Below are positions 58,159-64,000 of a stretch of DNA of 64,000 nucleotides, piece after piece. Position numbers and translations under genes: made by a program. How positions within the stretch are numbered: the stretch's first letter is position 1; the number at the start of each line of letters is the position of its first letter. Source of the stretch: an uncultured Thermoleophilia bacterium (GTDB lineage Bacteria; Actinomycetota; Thermoleophilia; UBA2241); assembly GCA_963702475.1 (NCBI GenBank), contig CAVPCT010000003.1, positions 736,001-800,000 of the forward strand. The letters are read 5' to 3'. The notes under the pieces were generated by a model that ran no database searches, had not been told where the DNA came from, and saw only the letters and a list, made by a program, of their open reading frames with translations.

Positions 58159-59625
58159 GTGGCACAGGTGGTCGACGAGGGCATCACGCAGCTGCTGGGC
58201 GATCTCTACCCGTACCGCACGACGACGGAGACCTACCGCAGGGTGCCGCCGGACCCGGTCGGGCGCGCCGCCATCCTCGACGAGCTGTCGGCGATGGCGC
58301 ACAGGGAGGACGAGCTCGGCGACGAGGGCCGGGTCTCGGGAAGCATCTACGCCGGCGACCACGCCCACTACCACTTCCTGGGCGAGGTCTTCGACCTGTA
58401 CTCCCACGCCAACGTGCTGCAGCGCGACATGTACCCAAGCGCCACCAAGTTCGAGGGCGAGATCATCGCCATGACGTCGGACCTGCTGCACGGCACCGGG
58501 GTCGGGGTGGTCACCAGCGGAGGATCCGAGAGCCTCATCACGGCACTGTACTCGTACCGCGAACAGGCCAGGGCCAAGAAGAAGGTGACGAAGCCCAACG
58601 TCGTCATGCCGGTGACGGCGCACTGCTCGCTGGACAAGGGTGCCCACTGGATGGACGTGGAGATGCGCCACGCGCCGCTCACCGACGGCTACGTGGCCGA
58701 CGTCGAAGCCATGGCCGACATGGTGGACGACCAGACGGTGTGCATCGTCGGCAGCGCCGGCAACTACGCCCACGGGCTCATCGATCCGATCGAGGAGCTC
58801 GGCGAGCTGGCGCGGTCACGCGGCATCGGTCTGCACGTGGACGGCTGCCTGGGCGGCTGGCTGCTGCCCTGGATCGAGCGTCTCGGCTATGACGTGCCGC
58901 CGTGGGACTTCCGCGTGCCTGGCGTGACCTCCATCTCGGCCGACACGCACAAGTACGGGTACGCGCTCAAGGGCTCGAGCGTGCTGCTGTACCGCGACAA
59001 GGAGGTGCGCAAGTACCAGTACTTCACGTATCCCACGTGGCCCGGCGGCATGTACGTCTCCCCGGGCTTCGTCGGCTCCCGCAGCGGCGGCATCCTGGCG
59101 TCGACGTGGGCGGCTCTCGTGGCGACCGGGGAGTCGGGGTACCTGGCCGGTGCCGAGGCGATCATGAAGACGGCGACGACCATCAAGGAGGGAGTCGAGG
59201 GGATCCCTGAGCTGGAGGTCATCGGCGACCCGCTGTTCCTCGTCGCCTTCAAGTCCGCCGGCGACCTCGACATCTACCTGGTCAACGACTCGCTGATCGC
59301 CCAGGGCTGGCGCATGATCGCGCTGCAGTACCCGGCCGCGCTGCACTTCTGCGTCACGCGGCCGAACACGGCGCCGGGACTCGCCGAGCGCTTCTTGGAG
59401 GCCTTGCGCACGGCCGTCGCGTACGCGACCGAGCACAAGGGCAAGAAGTCCCGGTCGGGCGCAGTGTACGGGTTCGGCACGTACCAGCTGGCGCAGGACA
59501 TGGTGAAGTTCACCATGGTGCGCGTGCTGGACGCGTTCCACGAGGCGGCGCCGGAGCCCGAGGGCGAGGAGGCGGCCGCCTCACCGGGCGCCGCGGACGG
59601 CGAGGCCGTGACCACGGCGCCCTGA
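58159..59625 (+). CDS. PLP-dependent sphingosine-1-phosphate lyase-like / group II decarboxylase
   Basis: GRVSGSIY, TSGGSES, HVDGCLGG, DFRVPGVTSISADTHKYGY..KG.SV, GSRSGG. Confidence 0.85.
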   Translation: MAQVVDEGITQLLGDLYPYRTTTETYRRVPPDPVGRAAILDELSAMAHREDELGDEGRVSGSIYAGDHAHYHFLGEVFDLYSHANVLQRDMYPSATKFEGEIIAMTSDLLHGTGVGVVTSGGSESLITALYSYREQARAKKKVTKPNVVMPVTAHCSLDKGAHWMDVEMRHAPLTDGYVADVEAMADMVDDQTVCIVGSAGNYAHGLIDPIEELGELARSRGIGLHVDGCLGGWLLPWIERLGYDVPPWDFRVPGVTSISADTHKYGYALKGSSVLLYRDKEVRKYQYFTYPTWPGGMYVSPGFVGSRSGGILASTWAALVATGESGYLAGAEAIMKTATTIKEGVEGIPELEVIGDPLFLVAFKSAGDLDIYLVNDSLIAQGWRMIALQYPAALHFCVTRPNTAPGLAERFLEALRTAVAYATEHKGKKSRSGAVYGFGTYQLAQDMVKFTMVRVLDAFHEAAPEPEGEEAAASPGAADGEAVTTAP

Positions 59626-59626
59626 G

Positions 59627-61234
59627 ATGGGCGCCCGCTGGATCCTCGCCGTCGACTTCGGCAACGGCGGCCCCAAGGTCGCCGTGTGCTCGCTCGACGG
59701 CGAGGTCCTCAGCACGGCCATCCGCGGCGTACAGGTCAAGGTCGGGCGCGACGGCCTCGCCACACAGGACGCCGTGGAGTGGTGGGATACGCTGCTGGAG
59801 GCGGCGCGGGAGGCGATAGCCTCGGCCGCCGCCGCACCCGACCGGCTGCACGCCGTCGCCGTCACCGGGCAGTGGGCCTCCACCGTACCGGTCGGCGCCG
59901 ACGGGCGCCCCGCCGGCGACGTGCTGCTGTGGGCCGACACCCGCGCCCGCGACCTCACGCGCCCGGTCATCGGTGGGCCGCTGACGGTGTCCGGTTTCGC
60001 GCCGCAGAAGGTGCTGCCCTTCGTGCGCTACACCGGCGGCGCCCCGTCGCCGAGCGGGGCCGACCCGACCGGGCACTCGCTCCTGCTGCAGCGGCGACTC
60101 ACCGACGTCTACGCCAGGACGAAGGTCCTGCTCGAGCCGGTGGACTACCTCGGGCTCCGCTTCACCGGCCGGGCCGCTGCGACGCCGGCCTCCATCATGG
60201 GCTGGTGGCTCACGGACAATCGGCCAGGGGCCCCTTTGGGCTATGTGGACGGCTTGGTCGCGCGCACGCGGCGCGACCGCGACCGCCTGCCCGAGCTGCT
60301 GCCCACCGGCTCGGTGCTCGGCGCACTGCTGCCCGAGGTGGCGGACGCCCTCGGCGTGGCCCCGGGCGCGCCGGTGCTGTGCGGCGTGCCCGACATGCAC
60401 GCCGCCATCGTCGGCTCGGGCGCGGTGGCTCCGTACGAGACCCACGTCGCCGTCTCCACCACCTCGTGGCTCAGCGCCCGCGTGCCGTTCAAGCGCACCG
60501 ACATCTTCCACCAGATCGCTACGCTGCCGGGACTCGACCCCGCGTTCCCCATCGTCGCCAACAACCAGGAGACGGGCGGCGCCGCGCTGCGCTGGCTGCG
60601 CGAGCAGATCGTGGCCCCGAACGACGGGCTGCTGGGCGGCGGCAGCGGCATCGGCGCCGAGGGGGCGGCTGAGGAGTCGCTGGCACCGTCGTACGACGAT
60701 CTGCTCCGCCTCGCCGCGCGTGCGCCTGCCGGCTGCGAAGGTCTGTTGTTCACGCCCTGGCTGGACGGAGAGCGCAGCCCCCAGGAGGACAAGGTCGTGC
60801 GCGCCGCCTGGCTCAACCTCTCGCTGCGCTGCGACCGGTCCATGCTGGTGCGCTCGGTGCTGGAGGGCGTCGCCTTCAACGCGCGCTGGCTGTTCGACGC
60901 GTACCAGAAGTTCCTGCGGCGGCCGGTGCCCAGGGTCCGCATCCTCGGCGGCGGCGCGCAGAGCGACCTGTGGTGCCAGATCTACGCCGACGTGCTGGGG
61001 CGGCCGGTGGAGCAGGTCGCCGACCCGCGCAACGCCCAGCTGCGCGGCGTCGCCCTGTGGGCGCGCATGTGCCTGGGCGAGCTCAATCTGGAGGACGTGC
61101 CGGCGCTCGTGCCCGTGGCCGGGACGTTCGTGCCCTCCGCCGACGCCGCGACCTACGCTCGCCTGTACGGTGAGTACCGCCAGCTGTTCGGCTCTCTCAA
61201 AGGGCTCTATCACCGGCTCAACCGCAGGAGGTGA
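59627..61234 (+). CDS. FGGY family carbohydrate kinase (xylulokinase-like)
   Basis: AVDFG, TGQW, W.DTR, PWLDGERSP, RSVLEGVA, GGGAQSDLWCQI.ADV. Confidence 0.88.
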   Translation: MGARWILAVDFGNGGPKVAVCSLDGEVLSTAIRGVQVKVGRDGLATQDAVEWWDTLLEAAREAIASAAAAPDRLHAVAVTGQWASTVPVGADGRPAGDVLLWADTRARDLTRPVIGGPLTVSGFAPQKVLPFVRYTGGAPSPSGADPTGHSLLLQRRLTDVYARTKVLLEPVDYLGLRFTGRAAATPASIMGWWLTDNRPGAPLGYVDGLVARTRRDRDRLPELLPTGSVLGALLPEVADALGVAPGAPVLCGVPDMHAAIVGSGAVAPYETHVAVSTTSWLSARVPFKRTDIFHQIATLPGLDPAFPIVANNQETGGAALRWLREQIVAPNDGLLGGGSGIGAEGAAEESLAPSYDDLLRLAARAPAGCEGLLFTPWLDGERSPQEDKVVRAAWLNLSLRCDRSMLVRSVLEGVAFNARWLFDAYQKFLRRPVPRVRILGGGAQSDLWCQIYADVLGRPVEQVADPRNAQLRGVALWARMCLGELNLEDVPALVPVAGTFVPSADAATYARLYGEYRQLFGSLKGLYHRLNRRR

Positions 61235-61238
61235 GGGT

Positions 61239-62447
61239 GTGACGCAGGCATACCGCGTGTACGGCTACCGCTGGGTCGTGCTGATGGCGGTCATGTTCGT
61301 GAACCTCACGATCCAGATGCTGTGGATCGCGTACGCGCCCGTCACCAGCCTCTCCTCCGCGTACTACGGCGTCTCGGACCTGGCGATCGGCTTCCTCGCC
61401 ATGTCGTTCATGATCGTCTTCATCGTGATGTCGCTGCCGGCGGCGTGGCTCATCGACACGCGCGGGTTCCGCGTGGCGGTGGGCTTCGGCGCCGTGCTCG
61501 CGGCCGCGGGCGGGATCGCCCGCGGCCTGGCCGGCGACAGCTACACTCTGGTGCTGCTGGCGACGATCGCGATCGCCGTCGCGCAGCCGTTCCTGCTCAA
61601 TGCGTGGACCAAGATGCCGGCGCACTGGTTCGATCGGCGCCAGCGGGCCACGGCGGTGGGCCTCACCACGCTGGCCAGCATGCTCGGCATCGCCGTGGGC
61701 ATGGCGCTCACTCCGCCGCTGGCGGAGTCGCTCTCCATCCCCACCGTGCAGTTGGTGTACGGGCTTCTGGCCGCGGTCGCCGCGGTCGTGTTTCTCGCGG
61801 TGGCTCGCGAGCGCCCGGCGACGTCGCCGGGACCGCCCGGCGAGGACGAGCGCGTGCTCATGTTCGACGGCCTCAAGCACGCGCTCAGGCTGCGCCCGTT
61901 CCTCGTCATGCTGCTCGTGGCGTTCATCGTCATGAGCACGTTCAACGGCGTGACGACCTGGGTCGAGCAGATCATCAAGCCGCGAGGGTTCACGCCGACG
62001 GAGGCCGGCACGATGGGGGCCTTGATGCTGGTGGCCGGCGTGATCGGCGCCGTGGTGCTGTCGGCGCTCTCCGACCGCAGTGGTCGCCGGGTGCGGTACA
62101 TGGTGATCGCACTGGCGGCGTCCATCCCCGGCATCCTCGGCGTGGCGTTCGCCTCGTCGGCGCTGCTGCTGTACGCGTTCGCCGCGCTGCTCGGCTTCTT
62201 CGTGGTCGCGGTGCTCCCCCTGGGCATGCAATACGCGGCCGAGATCGCCAACCCGACACCCGAGGGCACGTCCACGGGCCTCATCCAGCTGTGCGGGCAG
62301 GTGTCGGTGGTAAGCGTGTACATCATGGCGGCGCTGCGCACGGCGAACGGCTCGTTCACCGTGTCCCTGCTCCTCGCCGCCGGCCTGTTCGCGGTGATGG
62401 CGGTGGTACTGTCGCGGCTCAAGGACCCGGGGGCGGACGCCGGATGA
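61239..62447 (+). CDS. MFS transporter (FLVCR-like)
   Basis: YRVYGYRWVVL, HWF...QRATAVG, AAEIA.PTPEGTS.G. Confidence 0.85.
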   Translation: MTQAYRVYGYRWVVLMAVMFVNLTIQMLWIAYAPVTSLSSAYYGVSDLAIGFLAMSFMIVFIVMSLPAAWLIDTRGFRVAVGFGAVLAAAGGIARGLAGDSYTLVLLATIAIAVAQPFLLNAWTKMPAHWFDRRQRATAVGLTTLASMLGIAVGMALTPPLAESLSIPTVQLVYGLLAAVAAVVFLAVARERPATSPGPPGEDERVLMFDGLKHALRLRPFLVMLLVAFIVMSTFNGVTTWVEQIIKPRGFTPTEAGTMGALMLVAGVIGAVVLSALSDRSGRRVRYMVIALAASIPGILGVAFASSALLLYAFAALLGFFVVAVLPLGMQYAAEIANPTPEGTSTGLIQLCGQVSVVSVYIMAALRTANGSFTVSLLLAAGLFAVMAVVLSRLKDPGADAG

Positions 62448-63280
62448 CGGCTGCGCCGCAGGGTGACCGGCCGCGCTTCTCCCACCATCGCGGCCTCGGT
62501 CGCGTGCTCGCCGTCATGGATTTCGACGGCACCCTGACGACGGGCGACTGCATGCTCGAGGTGCTCGACCGCTTTCTCGACGACTGGCCCGCCGTGTTCG
62601 CCGCCGCACGCGCCGAGGGTCTCGGCGACGTCGCCTGCGTCGGCCGCGGCCTGGCGCTCCTGCGCACGCCGCCGGAGCAGATCGTGGCGGCGTTCGTCGA
62701 CGCGGCCGAGCTGCGCCCGGGGCTCGGCCGCCTTCTCGAGCGGCTGCTGGCCGACGGGGGAGAGGCGGCCGTGGTGAGCGCCGGCATCCGCGCGGCGATC
62801 GAGGCGGTCCTCGCCGCCGCCGGCGTGCCCGCCGTCCCGGTGTACGCAGGGGAACTGACCGGCGACGCGGCGCACGGGTACGGCCTGGTCCTTCACGAGC
62901 GCTTCGGCGACTGCCCGGTGTGCGGCGCTGGCCGCTGCAAGGGGGCGCTCACGCGGTGGCTCCGCCGTCCCGGGCAGGTCGTGGTCGCGTTCGGCGACGG
63001 TGGCCGCGACCTGTGCATGGCTCGCGAGGCCGACCTCGTCTTCGCGCGCGGCCGCCTGCTGGAGCTGTGCGCGCGAGAAGGTCTACCGGCCGTCGAGCTG
63101 ACCGACTTCGACGCCGCCGCTGGCGCAGCTGACCGCGAGGCTCGGCGGCGATGGCCCCGGCGCCCCCGATCCTGCTCCTCCCGCCGGGGCCGGCCCGATT
63201 CGATAAGCTGTCTGTCCGGCGCGCCCGCCGCCGCGTCCGGCGCGCCCCAGTCGAGGCCACCATCCCGAGGGAGACCATGA
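62444..63280 (+). CDS. HAD-IB family phosphatase (MtnX-like)
   Basis: DFDGTLT, VSAG, CPVCG.GRCK, FGDG..D...A..AD.VFAR. Confidence 0.8.
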   Translation: MTAAPQGDRPRFSHHRGLGRVLAVMDFDGTLTTGDCMLEVLDRFLDDWPAVFAAARAEGLGDVACVGRGLALLRTPPEQIVAAFVDAAELRPGLGRLLERLLADGGEAAVVSAGIRAAIEAVLAAAGVPAVPVYAGELTGDAAHGYGLVLHERFGDCPVCGAGRCKGALTRWLRRPGQVVVAFGDGGRDLCMAREADLVFARGRLLELCAREGLPAVELTDFDAAAGAADREARRRWPRRPRSCSSRRGRPDSISCLSGAPAAASGAPQSRPPSRGRP

Positions 63281-64000
63281 GCACCGCCGACACCATCGCC
63301 GTCGAGAACGCCCACATGGCGCCGTTCTTCAGCAAGACGCCCATCTCCATCGCGCGCGGGGAGGGCGTGTGGGTGTGGGACGAGGAGGGCGAGAAGTACC
63401 TCGACCTCACCGCCGGCTGGGGAGTGACCTCGATCGGGCACGCGCACCCGGCCATCCAGCGGGCGCTGGCGGAGCAGGGCGCCCTCATCCTGCAGAACCC
63501 TGACTCGGGACTGACGTACGCACCGGCGAGAGCGCGCCTGCTGGCGCTGCTCGCCGGCCTGCTGCCCGACGGCCTCACCCGCGTCTTCTTCACGAACAGC
63601 GGGGCCGAGGCGAACGACGCGGCCGTCAAGCTCGCGCGCAAGGTCACCGGCCGCGAGGGCGTGGTGGCCACCGACAACAGCTTCCACGGCCGCACCATCA
63701 GCATGGTCTCGGCCACCGGGCAGGCGAAGCACCGCGCCCAGTTCCAGCCCCAGATGCCGGGCTACAGCTTCATCCCGTACGCCGACCTGAAGGCGCTGGC
63801 GGCGGCGCTCGACGCAGACACCGCCGCCTTCATCGTCGAGCCGGTGCAGGGCGAGGGCGGTGTGAACGTGCCACCCGGGGACTACCTGCGGCGTGCGGCC
63901 GAGCTGTGCCACGAGAACGGCTCGTTGCTCATCGTCGACGAGGTGCAGACCGGTTTCTGCCGCACCGGCCCGATGTTCGCGACCGGGCCGACCGGCGCGC
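63277..64000 (+). CDS. Class III aminotransferase (acetylornithine aminotransferase-like), 3' end outside the window
   Basis: ARGEG..VWDEEG..YLD, NSGAEAND, FHGRT, EPVQGEGG, DEVQTGF.RTG. Confidence 0.88.
   Translation, partial: MSTADTIAVENAHMAPFFSKTPISIARGEGVWVWDEEGEKYLDLTAGWGVTSIGHAHPAIQRALAEQGALILQNPDSGLTYAPARARLLALLAGLLPDGLTRVFFTNSGAEANDAAVKLARKVTGREGVVATDNSFHGRTISMVSATGQAKHRAQFQPQMPGYSFIPYADLKALAAALDADTAAFIVEPVQGEGGVNVPPGDYLRRAAELCHENGSLLIVDEVQTGFCRTGPMFATGPTGA

Overview
High-GC bacterial chromosome segment whose gene content fits Actinomycetota, possibly Thermoleophilia-like (inferred). It has anaerobic or microaerobic traits: an acyl-CoA dehydrogenase-FixCX-EtfBA operon, corrinoid methyltransferase remnants, a Mo-bis-PGD oxidoreductase, SMS-type minimal Fe-S assembly, a NikR-regulated ECF nickel transporter and Fur/PerR-katG. 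The most striking structure is an integrase-free array of three toxin-antitoxin cassettes (MNT-HEPN, MNT-HEPN, HicBA) stacked directly behind tRNA-Ile2(CAT) at 33937-36513. Each cassette begins with the same ~75 bp leader carrying two palindromes and ends in a degenerate tRNA 3'-end-like tail. A decayed full-length copy of the same tRNA, followed by the start of the same leader, sits at 18330-18414 beside an AAA+/DUF4143 gene. Also notable: two tandem STAND-type class III cyclases with almost identical N- and C-terminal DNA but divergent ATPase/TPR middles, located next to cNMP-binding genes; several deletion-decayed pseudogenes; and a putative amino-alcohol-phosphate lyase/kinase catabolic cluster at the right end.
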